Assembly (NCBI GenBank): GCA_958296225.1
Contig: OY282456.1
Location: 2,955,328-3,019,327, forward strand
Length of the DNA stretch: 64,000 nt
Source: an uncultured Dehalococcoidia bacterium
Lineage (GTDB): Bacteria > Chloroflexota > Dehalococcoidia > Lucifugimonadales > UBA3495
Direction of reading: 5' to 3'
Within the stretch, counting starts at the first letter, position 1. Every line of letters begins with the position of its first letter. Of the stretch, positions 1-9,730 are shown one piece after another. The notes below the pieces were generated by a model. The model did no database searches and was not told the origin of the DNA. It worked only from the letters and a program-made list of their open reading frames with translations. A program made the translations under genes and the position numbers.

Positions 1-2
1 AC

Positions 3-110
3 TTGCTCACCATGGGGGCGTACAATTTCCTGATCGGGTTGAGCTGCGCGCTGGCGGCGTTCCTCGTTCAGGGGCAGAGGGTTCAGGGGCAGAGGGAGCC
101 AACCGATTAG
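3..110 (+). CDS. 3' end of a membrane protein, truncated by the window edge
   Basis: Open frame LLTMGAYNFLIGLSCALAAFLV...EPTD* ending at TAG 108-110; hydrophobic segment. Confidence 0.4.
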   Translation: MLTMGAYNFLIGLSCALAAFLVQGQRVQGQREPTD

Positions 111-170
111 GCGATTTTTTGCCGGGATGCACCGGACGGAGGGCCAGGCGCCTAACTCCATGTCACCCTC

Positions 171-1148
171 TTACTCTTGCTCATCATCCGGGTGCGTGCT
201 GATAAACCGCCCCGCCCGCGCCGGGTCGATGTGTGGGGCGCGCACTGCTACGCCGGCCTGCTCTTCCTGCAAACGCACCGTTATGCTACTATCCGATTCG
301 GCCCAGCCCCGGTTCATGGCTTGCAGGGCGATTTGCTCGGCCAGGGTGGACAGGGGCATAGGCACGTCGTACTCGCGGGCCAGTTCCGTCGCCAGCGAGA
401 TGTCCTTGAAAGCCAGGTTCAGCGCAAAGCTGGCCGGCTCAAACTGCCCGCGAAACATGGTGCGAACCAGGCCCTCGTGCAGCACCCGCATCCGGCCCAG
501 GGAGCCACGGCGGATGCACTCCCACAGCGCCTCCGGCTCCACGCCGGCCTTGACGCCCAGGGTCAGGCCCTCGGCGATGGCCTGGCGCACGCTGTGGCCA
601 ATCATGTTGTGCACCAGCTTGGCCACGCTGCCCGCGCCAATCTCCCCGGCGTAAAACACCTTGTCGCCAAAGGCATCCAGCACCGGCTTCACCCGCTCAA
701 ACACCTCCCGGTCGCCGCCCACCATCACCGCCAGGTTGCCCGACGCTGCCCCCGACTTGCCCCCGCTCACCGGAGCGTCCAGCACGTGGCAGCCTTTGGC
801 GCGAAACTGCGGCTCAATCTCCCGAATCAGCGTGGGCCGGCTGGAGGACAGGTCAATATAGACGCTGCCGGCGCGGATGCCTTCCAGCACGCCGGAGTTG
901 CCCAGCGCCACCGACTCCACTTCGTAAGGCCCTGGCAGCGAGGTAAAGGTAATATCGCTGCCGGCGGCCACTTCGGCAGGCGTATTAGCCAACCGCGCCC
1001 CGCCTTCCAGCAGAGGCCGCGCCGCTTCCTCGCGCAGGTCGTACACAATCATGGGATAGCCGGCCCGCTGGATGTTAGCCGACATCCCGCCGCCCATGTT
1101 GCCCAGGCCGATAAAACCTACCGTTTCCATAACGTTCACTTGCTCCAT
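171..1148 (-). CDS. NAD(P)-dependent beta-hydroxyacid dehydrogenase (3-hydroxyisobutyrate dehydrogenase/tartronate semialdehyde reductase family)
   Basis: GFIGLGNMG Rossmann motif, DAPVSGG motif, catalytic K in AKLVHN. Confidence 0.9.
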   Translation of the reverse strand: MEQVNVMETVGFIGLGNMGGGMSANIQRAGYPMIVYDLREEAARPLLEGGARLANTPAEVAAGSDITFTSLPGPYEVESVALGNSGVLEGIRAGSVYIDLSSSRPTLIREIEPQFRAKGCHVLDAPVSGGKSGAASGNLAVMVGGDREVFERVKPVLDAFGDKVFYAGEIGAGSVAKLVHNMIGHSVRQAIAEGLTLGVKAGVEPEALWECIRRGSLGRMRVLHEGLVRTMFRGQFEPASFALNLAFKDISLATELAREYDVPMPLSTLAEQIALQAMNRGWAESDSSITVRLQEEQAGVAVRAPHIDPARAGRFISTHPDDEQE

Positions 1149-1256
1149 TAGTTAGTATGGCAGCGGCAGTATAACCGATGCGAATCTGGTTAGAGTTGTC
1201 AGGCCCCCGGTCAAATGCTACACTTTTCCCATTCCAACCCCCAACCCGGACGCAGG

Positions 1257-2492
1257 ATGCTGACCACCCCCGACGCTGCAATGGGCGGCGTTTTTTCGAA
1301 TACCGACCCGCTACGGCGCGCCATCTACGACGAAGTTCGCCGTTGGGCCGCTCAAACCGGGATGGCAGCATATCTGGTGGGCGGCCCCGTCCGCGACTAC
1401 CTGCTGGGCGTCCCCGTCAACGACCTGGACATTACGGTAGCCGGTGACGCGCCGGCCCTGGCCGCCGGCCTGGCCGACGCCATCGGCGGCCGGCTGACCG
1501 TCCACCGGCGCTTTGGCACGGCCACCGTCAGCGCCCGGGACCTCACCGTTGACCTGGTAACCGCCCGCCGCGAGACGTACCGCCACCCCGGCGCTCTGCC
1601 CGACGTGCAGCCCAGCGCCATCGCCGACGATTTGGCCCGCCGGGATTTCACCGTCAACGCCATGGCCATCCCCATCGCCAACGACGCGGCAGAGTTGGTT
1701 GACCCCCACCGCGGACGCGCCGACCTGGACGCCGGCATCATCCGCACCCTGCATCCGCAGAGTTTCCGCGACGACCCGACGCGCATCCTGCGGGCCGTGC
1801 GTTACGCCCGGCGGCTCAACTTCCGCATTGACGACGCAACGCGGTCCGAACTCCAAAGCGCTCTGTCCGGCAACGCCCTGGCCACCCTGTCCGGCGACCG
1901 GGTGCGGCACGAGTTGGCGCGAATCTTGCAGGAGCCGTCCCCACCGGCGGCGTTGCGGTATGCCGACGCGCTGGGCGTGCTGGCCGCCATCCACCCGTCT
2001 TTGAGCGCATCCCACCTGCGCGGCCGGTCCTACGCGCCGGCCGCGCCGCTAACCTGGCTGGCCGCGCTGGTCTGGCCTTTGTCGTCGGCCGCCGGCGCAG
2101 CGTTGTGCGCGCGACTCAACGCACCAGCGGATTGGGCGCGCGTCACCACCGACACCGCCGCCTTGGTGGAGCGGCTGCCGCAGCTCACAGAACCCGATTT
2201 GACGCCATCGGAAGTATGCGCCCGTCTGGATGGCCTGTCGCCCGATGCTCTGCGGGCAGCAACCATACTGGCCTCCCCGGTCGTGGCGGAGCGAGTGCGG
2301 CGCTACTTGAGCGAGTGGTGGTCGCTTGCGCCACGGCTGCGCGGCTCCGACCTGATGGAGCTGGGCGTGCCGGCCGGCCCGGCGGTGGGAGCCGCGCTGC
2401 GCGCGCTGCGCCAGGCCCGGCTGGACGGCGAGACGCACAGCCGGCAGGATGAAACGCAACTGGCCCGGCAATGGGCATCGCCGGCGGCATAA
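1257..2492 (+). CDS. cca: CCA tRNA nucleotidyltransferase
   Basis: YLVGGPVRD, DLD, DLARRDFTVNAMA, DDPTRILRAVRY motifs; start codon uncertain. Confidence 0.9.
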   Translation: MLTTPDAAMGGVFSNTDPLRRAIYDEVRRWAAQTGMAAYLVGGPVRDYLLGVPVNDLDITVAGDAPALAAGLADAIGGRLTVHRRFGTATVSARDLTVDLVTARRETYRHPGALPDVQPSAIADDLARRDFTVNAMAIPIANDAAELVDPHRGRADLDAGIIRTLHPQSFRDDPTRILRAVRYARRLNFRIDDATRSELQSALSGNALATLSGDRVRHELARILQEPSPPAALRYADALGVLAAIHPSLSASHLRGRSYAPAAPLTWLAALVWPLSSAAGAALCARLNAPADWARVTTDTAALVERLPQLTEPDLTPSEVCARLDGLSPDALRAATILASPVVAERVRRYLSEWWSLAPRLRGSDLMELGVPAGPAVGAALRALRQARLDGETHSRQDETQLARQWASPAA

Positions 2493-2494
2493 TC

Positions 2495-2731
2495 GTGGCT
2501 GAGCTGCTCCAGGCATCCGGCCCCGTGTTCTGCGTGGTCTGCAATGAGGAACTGCACGGCCCCCATCGCTCCACCTGCCAGATGTGCGGCGGCCCCTTCC
2601 ATCAGCCCTGGACGCCCGACAGCGACGCCCCCCGCTGCGGTCAAGCCGCCAGTCACGATGAAACGCTGGCCGTGGTGTTCCTGTGCCAGGACTGCTATCG
2701 CAACCGCCGCCGCCCGCTTTTCCAATCCTGA
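2495..2731 (+). CDS. small Cys/His zinc-finger protein (C4HC3-like spacing)
   Basis: CVVC...CQMC..FH...C...CQDC; GTG start right after the cca stop. Confidence 0.65.
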   Translation: MAELLQASGPVFCVVCNEELHGPHRSTCQMCGGPFHQPWTPDSDAPRCGQAASHDETLAVVFLCQDCYRNRRRPLFQS

Positions 2732-2741
2732 ACCCCGTTCC

Positions 2742-2775
2742 GTCATTCCCGCCCGCTTCCGGCGGCCAGGAATCC
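2742..2775. repeat. GTCATTCC...GGAATCC palindromic intergenic repeat
   Basis: gtcattcccgcc...aggaatcc; related copy at 9546-9619. Confidence 0.45.
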
Positions 2776-2794
2776 AGAGGAGTGCAAATCACTG

Positions 2795-3832
2795 ATGAAA
2801 GCCGTCTATATTGAATCTCATGGCGATGCCGGCGTCTTGCAATACGGCGAGCGCCCCGACCCGCAGCCCGGCCCCGGCGATGTGGTGGTGCGAGTAGGGG
2901 CCAGCGCCCTCAACCGCCTGGACATCTTTACCCGCGATGGTCAACGCGGCTTGGAGCGGGAGTTTCCGCCGCCGCTGATTCTGGGGGGCGATACCGCCGG
3001 CGAAGTGGCAGCCACCGGCTCCGACGTGAGCGCTCTCAGCGTCGGCGACCGGGTGGTCGTCAACCCCCGGCTGGCCTGCGGCGTGTGCCAGTGGTGCGGT
3101 TCGGGACGGGATGAGCTGTGCCGTCGCAGCCGGTTCCTGGGCACCGCCAGGGACGGCAGCTACGCTGAACTGGTGGCAGTGCCGGAGGTCAACGCCTACC
3201 GGCTGGACGGCGACGTGTCCTTTGCGGACGCCGCCGCCATTCCTACTACCTATCTCCCGGTGTGGAACATGGCAGTGCGCCGCGCGGCGTTGCAGCCGTG
3301 GGAGACGGCCCTGGTGTTCTCGGCGTCGGCCGGAGTGGGCGCGGCGGCTATCCAGGTGTTCAAGAACGTGGTCGGCGCCACCGTCATCACCACCACCAGC
3401 ACGCCGGAAAAGGCGGAGCTGGCCCGCAACCTGGGCGCCGATTACGTCATCAACTACAATGAGGAAGACATCACGCAGCGCGTCCGGGAAATCACCGGCG
3501 GCGCCGGCGTTGACCTGGTGGTTGACCACGTGGGCGCCGACGTGTGGGGCCACGGGTTCCGCGCCCTGCGGCCCGGCGGGCGCTACTGCATCTGCGGCGC
3601 CACCAGCGGCCTGCGCGCCGAGTTGCACCTGGGCCTGCTGTTCAGCCGTCAAATTGAAATCTACGGCGGCTACATGGGTTCCCGCGAGGATATGCGGCAA
3701 ATCGTCGCCAGCCTCAACCGGGGCGTAATCAAGCCGGCCATCCACAAGACCTACCCGCTGGCGGATGCGGCGGATGCGCACCGGGCGATGGAGGCTACCA
3801 ACTTCTTTGGCAAACTGCTGCTGCAGCCCTGA
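2795..3832 (+). CDS. zinc-binding alcohol dehydrogenase/quinone oxidoreductase (MDR family)
   Basis: LNRLD, CGVCQWC..C structural Zn motif, GKLLL C-terminus. Confidence 0.9.
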   Translation: MKAVYIESHGDAGVLQYGERPDPQPGPGDVVVRVGASALNRLDIFTRDGQRGLEREFPPPLILGGDTAGEVAATGSDVSALSVGDRVVVNPRLACGVCQWCGSGRDELCRRSRFLGTARDGSYAELVAVPEVNAYRLDGDVSFADAAAIPTTYLPVWNMAVRRAALQPWETALVFSASAGVGAAAIQVFKNVVGATVITTTSTPEKAELARNLGADYVINYNEEDITQRVREITGGAGVDLVVDHVGADVWGHGFRALRPGGRYCICGATSGLRAELHLGLLFSRQIEIYGGYMGSREDMRQIVASLNRGVIKPAIHKTYPLADAADAHRAMEATNFFGKLLLQP

Positions 3833-3936
3833 TGCGGGCCAGGCGGCGGTCGCTATAATGACGGCAATCCATACTGGACATACAGGAGGAATCTATGACT
3901 CTTATCCCCCCCGCACTTGAGGGAGTAAAACGCTAT

Positions 3937-4170
3937 ATGCGGCGTCCGATAATCCTGCTGGCGGCCTTGACGTTGGCATTGTCCGTGCTGGCGTGCGGCA
4001 CCAGCGCCGCCCCGTCCGAGTGTGTCCAGGCCGCCGAGAAAGCCGGCCTGCCGGAAAGCGTAATTGAGCAGCTGAAAAAGCCGGGCGACTTGAACGCCAT
4101 CGAGCGGGTGGCCCTGCGCGAGGCGCTCAAAAAGGCGGGGCTGGACGACGTCTGCGACCAGATTAACTAG
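3937..4170 (+). CDS. small lipoprotein
   Basis: Signal peptide with LAC lipobox; GGAG RBS. Confidence 0.65.
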   Translation: MRRPIILLAALTLALSVLACGTSAAPSECVQAAEKAGLPESVIEQLKKPGDLNAIERVALREALKKAGLDDVCDQIN

Positions 4171-4384
4171 GCCGGCCGTTTCCGCCGCCGCTGATTGCCG
4201 CCGCTCTCTATCTGCCGTCCCCCGTAAGCGCGGCGGCTTTGGACAGTCCTGGGGCTTTTTGCCCGCATCCTGTTACTGTTGCTGGCAGTCGTCAACATAG
4301 CGACGCAATCAACGCGCCAAACTGCGCTGCTGCGACAACGGATTTTGCCGCGCTGTCCGGTTTGGCGGGGTGGACTGCCGGGGT

Positions 4385-5134
4385 TTATTCCGCCGCCAGG
4401 ATTGCCTCGTCAATCTCATACCAGAGTATTTCGCCGTTGGCGATTGCGTCCGTTAGTTCGTTGTCAATGCGAACCCCGGTCAGCGCGGGGTGGCTGGGCT
4501 GCCCGGTGAACCGGGTCATCAGTCCGGCGTTGCGCACCGCGCGCTGGCGGTCATAGTCGGTGAGGGTGTATGACGCCTCAATGGCAATGTAGTTGATTGC
4601 CCCGTCCGCGTCGGCAACCTCGATAATAAAGTCGGCCCGGCGGAAACTTCTCAGGTCGGGGCGGGGTATGTCTCTGGTATCCTGGCTCAAGCTCAGGTCC
4701 ATAATCTCGGATTTGGTCAGGGTATGCCGGTATGTGAACCCCATTTCAGCGACAATCCCCCGGACTTCCTCCTGCGTGGCGACAGAGGTAAAGCGCCCTC
4801 GGATATAGCCGATGTCGTCCTGGATGCGTCGCTGGCTCTGCATGATAGCTTCCAGCCCCTCTTTCAGCTCGGCTACGTCGGCTTGCGTTCTGGCCTGGCT
4901 CTCTTTCAGCTCGGCTACGTCGGATTCCAGCCGGGCTTGCCCTTCTTTCAGCTCGGCTACGTCGGATTCCAGTCGGTCCAGCCGCGCGTTGGTTGCGGCG
5001 GCGAATTCGGCGAAACGTTCCGGCAGCTCAAGCAGTTCTTTGCTCAGCAGCAGCGCCCGCAGCGTGTCAACCCAATCCGGGTTCTCGCGCAGTATTCTGG
5101 CAAAATCGTCAATGGTGTTGATGGTAGTGGTCAT
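4385..5134 (-). CDS. coiled-coil repeat protein with putative PD-(D/E)XK-like C-terminal domain
   Basis: 42-bp/14-aa repeats (RLESDVAELKEGQA); ADFIIE...IAIEAS motif. Confidence 0.7.
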   Translation of the reverse strand: MTTTINTIDDFARILRENPDWVDTLRALLLSKELLELPERFAEFAAATNARLDRLESDVAELKEGQARLESDVAELKESQARTQADVAELKEGLEAIMQSQRRIQDDIGYIRGRFTSVATQEEVRGIVAEMGFTYRHTLTKSEIMDLSLSQDTRDIPRPDLRSFRRADFIIEVADADGAINYIAIEASYTLTDYDRQRAVRNAGLMTRFTGQPSHPALTGVRIDNELTDAIANGEILWYEIDEAILAAE

Positions 5135-5203
5135 TGCTGAAACTCCGGGCGGCGGATGGCCTCGCCTTTACCAGTGTAGCACAGCCTGGCGCGGCCGCGC
5201 CCG

Positions 5204-5734
5204 TTAGCCGGCTTCCTGTCGTCCCGTCAACCGGCCCAGCAGCGCCGCCGTCCAGTTGCGCGCACCGGCCGGCTCCGGCGCCTCCTCAACCGGCTCTCCG
5301 ACCACTACCATCGTGCCGGCAATAATGTCGTAAACCGACCGGCGGCGTTCCCGGTCAATCAGGACAATAAGCACTGACAGCAAATCCAGTATGCGGAGGA
5401 ACTCAATGTAGCCATTGGCCAGTTGGAGCACGCTCCGCACTACCTTCTGCCAGGTTCGCATCCGCCGCCCTGTCCGGGCGTGGACGATGTGGGCGTTCAC
5501 CACCATGTGGCCCAGAGAGCGCCCATAGGTGAAATAAAAGACGGCGTACATCCCGTTGGCCATGACGTAAGGCACATAGTAAGTGTCGATTACATCCACG
5601 TGGATGCCCAGGCCGGCGTCAAAGCCGAAGATGTAGCGCACGAAATGCCAGAAGCTCAAGTCCGGCCCGCTGATGATGGTGAAGACTACCCGCAGCATTA
5701 TCAGGACGAAGCTGCCGGGTATCATCCCGTACAT
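5204..5734 (-). CDS. RDD family membrane protein
   Basis: GRSLGHMVV...R and RRSVYDIIAGTMVV motifs; ATG at 5734 after GGAG. Confidence 0.75.
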   Translation of the reverse strand: MYGMIPGSFVLIMLRVVFTIISGPDLSFWHFVRYIFGFDAGLGIHVDVIDTYYVPYVMANGMYAVFYFTYGRSLGHMVVNAHIVHARTGRRMRTWQKVVRSVLQLANGYIEFLRILDLLSVLIVLIDRERRRSVYDIIAGTMVVVGEPVEEAPEPAGARNWTAALLGRLTGRQEAG

Positions 5735-5796
5735 TGTGGCTATGCCCCGCTCCGGTATGGTCAGCGGGCGCAGTTCCGGCGAACTGGACGGCAAAA

Positions 5797-7497
5797 CTAC
5801 GCTACTCTCACCAATCCCTGTACCACGTCCACTACGTCGTCCAGGGGGACCATATCCGCCTCCGCCGCCGTGCGCCGGCGCACCTCCACGGCGCCCTGCC
5901 GCAGGTTGCGCGGGCTGACCACCAGACGCGCCGGCAGCCCAATCAGGTCGGCGTCGTTGAACTTGACCCCGGCGGCATCGGCGCGGTCGTCGAACAGCGT
6001 CTCGATGCCGGCGGCCCACAGCCGATTGTAAAGCTCCTCCGCAGCCTGCGCCACCGCAGCGTCGGACATATTCAGCGCCACCAGGTGCGCCTGGTACGGC
6101 GCGATGGGCGGCGGAAATATGATGCCGCGTTCATCGTGGTTCTGCTCAATGGCGGCGGCCAGCACCCGGCTGACTCCGATGCCGTAGCAGCCCATGGTAA
6201 TCGGCTGCTGCCGGCCGTCCCGGTCCAGGTAGTGGGCGCCCAGGGATTCGCTGAAAAAAGTGCCCAGCTTGAAAATATGCCCTACCTCCACGCCGCGCGT
6301 GGATTCCAGCGTCGCCCCGCATTGGGCGCACTGCTGGCCGGGCTGGGCCAGAGCGATGTCGCTAGTCAGGTCGGCGTCGAAATCGCGCGGGTAGTTGGCG
6401 TTGCGATAGTGGGTATCCGGCTTGTTGGCCCCAACCACAAAGTTGCCGCCGCTGGAAACGGACGGGTCGGCGATGCGGCGCATACTGGTGATGCCGATGG
6501 CCGAGGCTGAGCCGGCCACCAATCCGGCCGCCGCCACTTCGTCGTCGCCGGCCAGGCGCAGGTCGTTGCAGTGCAGGGCGTTTTTGAGCTTGACCTCGTT
6601 CACCTCCAGGTCGCCCCGGATGGTGACGAACACCACCTCCCCGTCGGCAGCGTAGAACACGGCCTTCAGCGTTTGGGATTCCGGCACGCCGAGGAACTCA
6701 GCCAAGCCGGCGATGGTTTTGATGCCCGGCGTGCTCACTTCTTCTAACGGCAGCGGTTCCGGCGTTTCCTGAGCGGGATACAGGCCCGCCGCCTTCTCCG
6801 CGTTGGCGGCATAGCCACAGGCGGGGCAAGTGATAACCGTGTCCTCGCCGGTGTCGGTGGGCAGCAGGAACTCGTGGGAATCCTTGCCGCCAATGGCGCC
6901 GCTGTCGGCCTCCGCCATCACCACCGGGATGCTGCAGCGGCGAAACACGTTGCGGTACGCCTGGGCCATTGCCCGGTACGAATCATCCAGCCCCGCGTCG
7001 TCGGCGTCAAAGGAGTAGGCGTCCTTCATCGTGAACTCGCGCACACGCACCAGCCCGGCCCGTGGCCGCGGCTCATCCCGAAACTTGGTCTGCATCTGGT
7101 ACAGAATGACCGGCAAATCCCGGTAGCTCTGCACGTTGCCCTTGACGATGTTGGTAACCACTTCCTCGTGGGTGGGGGCGAGGGCCAGGGGCCGCCCCCG
7201 CCGGTCTTCCAGTGAAAACATATTGTCGCCGAAGGCCGCCGCCCGCCCGGTTTGCTCCCAAAGCTCCATAGGCTGCAAGGCCGGCATCCGCAGCTCCTGG
7301 CTGCCGGCGGCATCCATCTCCTCGCGCACAATCTGCTCAATCTTGAGCAGCGAGCGCCAGGCCAGGGGGAGGTAAGCGTACACGCCGGCTGCCACCTGCT
7401 GGATGAGGCCGGCCCGCAGCATCAGGCGGTGGCTGGCCGTTTCGGCTTCGGGCGGGTCGTCCCGCAAAGTTCTGGTAACCAGTTTGGAGATGCGCAT
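5797..7497 (-). CDS. proS: proline--tRNA ligase with editing insertion domain
   Basis: SHRLMLRAG, PTHEE, KFRDEPRPR..REF.MKDAYSF, EVGHIFKLG, MGCYGIG. Confidence 0.97.
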   Translation of the reverse strand: MRISKLVTRTLRDDPPEAETASHRLMLRAGLIQQVAAGVYAYLPLAWRSLLKIEQIVREEMDAAGSQELRMPALQPMELWEQTGRAAAFGDNMFSLEDRRGRPLALAPTHEEVVTNIVKGNVQSYRDLPVILYQMQTKFRDEPRPRAGLVRVREFTMKDAYSFDADDAGLDDSYRAMAQAYRNVFRRCSIPVVMAEADSGAIGGKDSHEFLLPTDTGEDTVITCPACGYAANAEKAAGLYPAQETPEPLPLEEVSTPGIKTIAGLAEFLGVPESQTLKAVFYAADGEVVFVTIRGDLEVNEVKLKNALHCNDLRLAGDDEVAAAGLVAGSASAIGITSMRRIADPSVSSGGNFVVGANKPDTHYRNANYPRDFDADLTSDIALAQPGQQCAQCGATLESTRGVEVGHIFKLGTFFSESLGAHYLDRDGRQQPITMGCYGIGVSRVLAAAIEQNHDERGIIFPPPIAPYQAHLVALNMSDAAVAQAAEELYNRLWAAGIETLFDDRADAAGVKFNDADLIGLPARLVVSPRNLRQGAVEVRRRTAAEADMVPLDDVVDVVQGLVRVA

Positions 7498-7545
7498 AGC
7501 TAAATACTACCATCAATTGACCATGGGTTGATTGCTTCTACCCCA

Positions 7546-7717
7546 CTATCGCCAGATAGCAGGCAGGCTATCGTTGACCGGTTCCGACGCCACGTTGGTG
7601 TCAAGTATCGTCGCCATTATCTTCGTCGTCCCTAATGGTGCAGGTGTTGGCGAGCGCCCGGATGCGCAACTCGTCGTCGGCTTCCGCATTCAGGCCGTCT
7701 ATCGTTATGCCGGGCAT
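7546..7717 (-). pseudogene. decayed FitA/VapB antitoxin plus PIN (VapC/FitB) toxin remnant
   Basis: 7717-7601 MPGITIDGLNAEADDELRIRALAN.. with GGAGG RBS, overlapping 7617-7546 MATILDTNVASE..*. Confidence 0.55.
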
Positions 7718-7793
7718 GACACCGCCTCCATCCGCAATGATGATGGATTATAGCACGCTGGCATTGCAGTCAAAGCCGGGCGGCGGCTGGATG

Positions 7794-8198
7794 CAGGGCA
7801 AACGCAGGCAAGCGGCATCAATTGTTGGACATCATCGCGATGTCATCTGCGCAGTTGTGGGAGGCGCTGAGGGTTGGGATGACGTGGCGCCGCTTGCCAA
7901 ACGCCAGGCGGAATGGTTCCGCGGCCAACGCCCTGGACGTTGCGGCGGCTCCAAGCCGTTAGGGTATCGAGAATTCCGTCCCTTGGGTCCTGGACCTGTC
8001 CTGTCTTTCCGGGAGGACGAAAGCCGGGTGCGGGCCGGAGACGCTCCGGAAAACTTGGCGATAATCCGGCACGCGGCCCTTACCCTGTTGCGGAAAGACC
8101 GGAAGTCTAGAACCGCCATCAAAACCCGGCGCAAGCTGGCCGGCTGGGACAATGATTACCTACTGTCCATCCTCTCCAATTAGAATGCGTTTGCCCTG
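7794..8198 (+). mobile_element. internally deleted ISAs1-family element
   Basis: Perfect 13-bp IRs CAGGGCAAACGCA/TGCGTTTGCCCTG; residual ICAVVGGAEGWDD and FREDESRVR..ENLAIIRH..AGWDNDYL transposase segments. Confidence 0.85.
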
Positions 8199-8289
8199 GG
8201 TCTGGATGCAGACGCCGTTATGTTAGAATGGCGCCAATCAATCTGACTGATTGCCCGTTTTGCGATTTGATTTACTGAGGAGGCGCGCG

Positions 8290-9456
8290 ATGACGGTTCC
8301 GGCACGGATGAAGTTTGGCGTTTTTATGGCTCCGTTCCACCGGGTGGGGGAGAACCCGACCCTGGCGCTGGAGCGCGACCTGGAGCTGCTGCAATGGCTG
8401 GACCAGCTTGGCTTCGATGAAGCCTGGATTGGCGAGCATCACAGCGCCGGCTGGGAGACCATCGCCTCGCCCGAGGTTTTCATGGCTACCGCCGCCGAGC
8501 GCACCCGCAACCTGCGGCTGGGCACCGGCGTCGTCAGCCTGCCCTACCACCATCCCTATATGGTTGCCAACCGCATGGTGCTGCTGGACCACCTGACGCG
8601 CGGGCGGGTGATGCTGGGCGTCGGCCCCGGCGCGCTGGCCTCCGACGCCTATATGTTCGGCATTGACCCGGCCCGCCAGCGCGAGATGATGGACGAATCC
8701 TTGGGCGTCATCAAGCGGCTGATGGACAGCGCGGAGCCGTACACCTACCAGAGCGACTGGTTCGAGTTGCACGATGCCCACCTGCAACTGCGGCCTTATC
8801 AGCAGCCCTTCCCGCTGGTGGTGGCGTCGGTGCAGTCGCCGGCCGGCGTAACTACGGCCGGCAAGTACGGCGCCGGGGTAATCTCGCTCAGCGTGCCGCG
8901 CGATATGGTGCGCTCGACCAGCCTGAAAGACCAGTGGGCCATCGCCGAGGAAACCGCCGCCGAGCACGGCCAGACCGTCAAGCGCGAGGAATGGCGTCTC
9001 TCGGTAGGCGTGCATCTGGCCGAGAGCAAGAAGCAGGCGCAGGAGGACATCCGCGAGGGTTCGGCGCGGGTAGTTACCGAGTACTTTGGCAACACGCTGG
9101 GCCACGAAGTGCCGGACGTGCCGCGGGACCAGATTGTGGACTTTATGACTGACAACAAGCAGTGGATTGTGGGCACTCCCGACGACTGCATCCAGCGCAT
9201 CAACGAGTTGCAGGAGCTGTCCGGCGGCTTCGGCGGGATGCTGGTGCGGGTTGAGGACTGGGCGCCGCGGGACAAGCTGCATCGTTCTTACGAGCTGATG
9301 GCCCGCTACGTGATGCCCCAGTTCCAGGGCACGCTGGCCGGCATCCAGACCTCGCAGCAGTGGGCATCCGACCTGCGGGAGACCTTGCAGGTCAACCGGC
9401 GCGCCGGCCTGGACCGCGCCACCCAGGCTTATGAGGAAGGCCGGCAGCAGCGCTAA
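8290..9456 (+). CDS. LLM-class flavin-dependent monooxygenase
   Basis: GFDEAWIGEHHSAG, LGTGVVSLPYHHP, LDHLTRGR. Confidence 0.92.
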   Translation: MTVPARMKFGVFMAPFHRVGENPTLALERDLELLQWLDQLGFDEAWIGEHHSAGWETIASPEVFMATAAERTRNLRLGTGVVSLPYHHPYMVANRMVLLDHLTRGRVMLGVGPGALASDAYMFGIDPARQREMMDESLGVIKRLMDSAEPYTYQSDWFELHDAHLQLRPYQQPFPLVVASVQSPAGVTTAGKYGAGVISLSVPRDMVRSTSLKDQWAIAEETAAEHGQTVKREEWRLSVGVHLAESKKQAQEDIREGSARVVTEYFGNTLGHEVPDVPRDQIVDFMTDNKQWIVGTPDDCIQRINELQELSGGFGGMLVRVEDWAPRDKLHRSYELMARYVMPQFQGTLAGIQTSQQWASDLRETLQVNRRAGLDRATQAYEEGRQQR

Positions 9457-9545
9457 CCGGACCACCAGCCGGCGGCGGAGTGTTCACCTCCTGCCGCCGG
9501 CCCAATGCAGGGGCGGCGCCGGCTGTGGCAAGTCGCCCCTTTTCA

Positions 9546-9619
9546 TCATTCCCGCCCGCTGGCGCGGGAATCCCGGCCTCCGGCAAAGCAAAGACGTTCG
9601 GGCTGGCGCCGGAATGACG
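9546..9619. repeat. palindromic intergenic repeat (TCATTCCCGC..GCGGGAATCC...GGAATGAC)
   Basis: Nested inverted repeats between the LLM gene and pyk. Confidence 0.5.
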
Positions 9620-9730
9620 GGGCTTTTGCGGGGGCCGCGCGGGTTATAATTGGTCAAAGATTGGGGACAGAGCGAACTTAAGAGCAGTTGACGAACCGGC
9701 AGACAGCCGATTGCAGCAGGGGTAGGAATT

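Noticed and set aside
7498-7790. T-box leader upstream of proS
   Set aside because: No T-box consensus; the region is better explained by the toxin-antitoxin remnant
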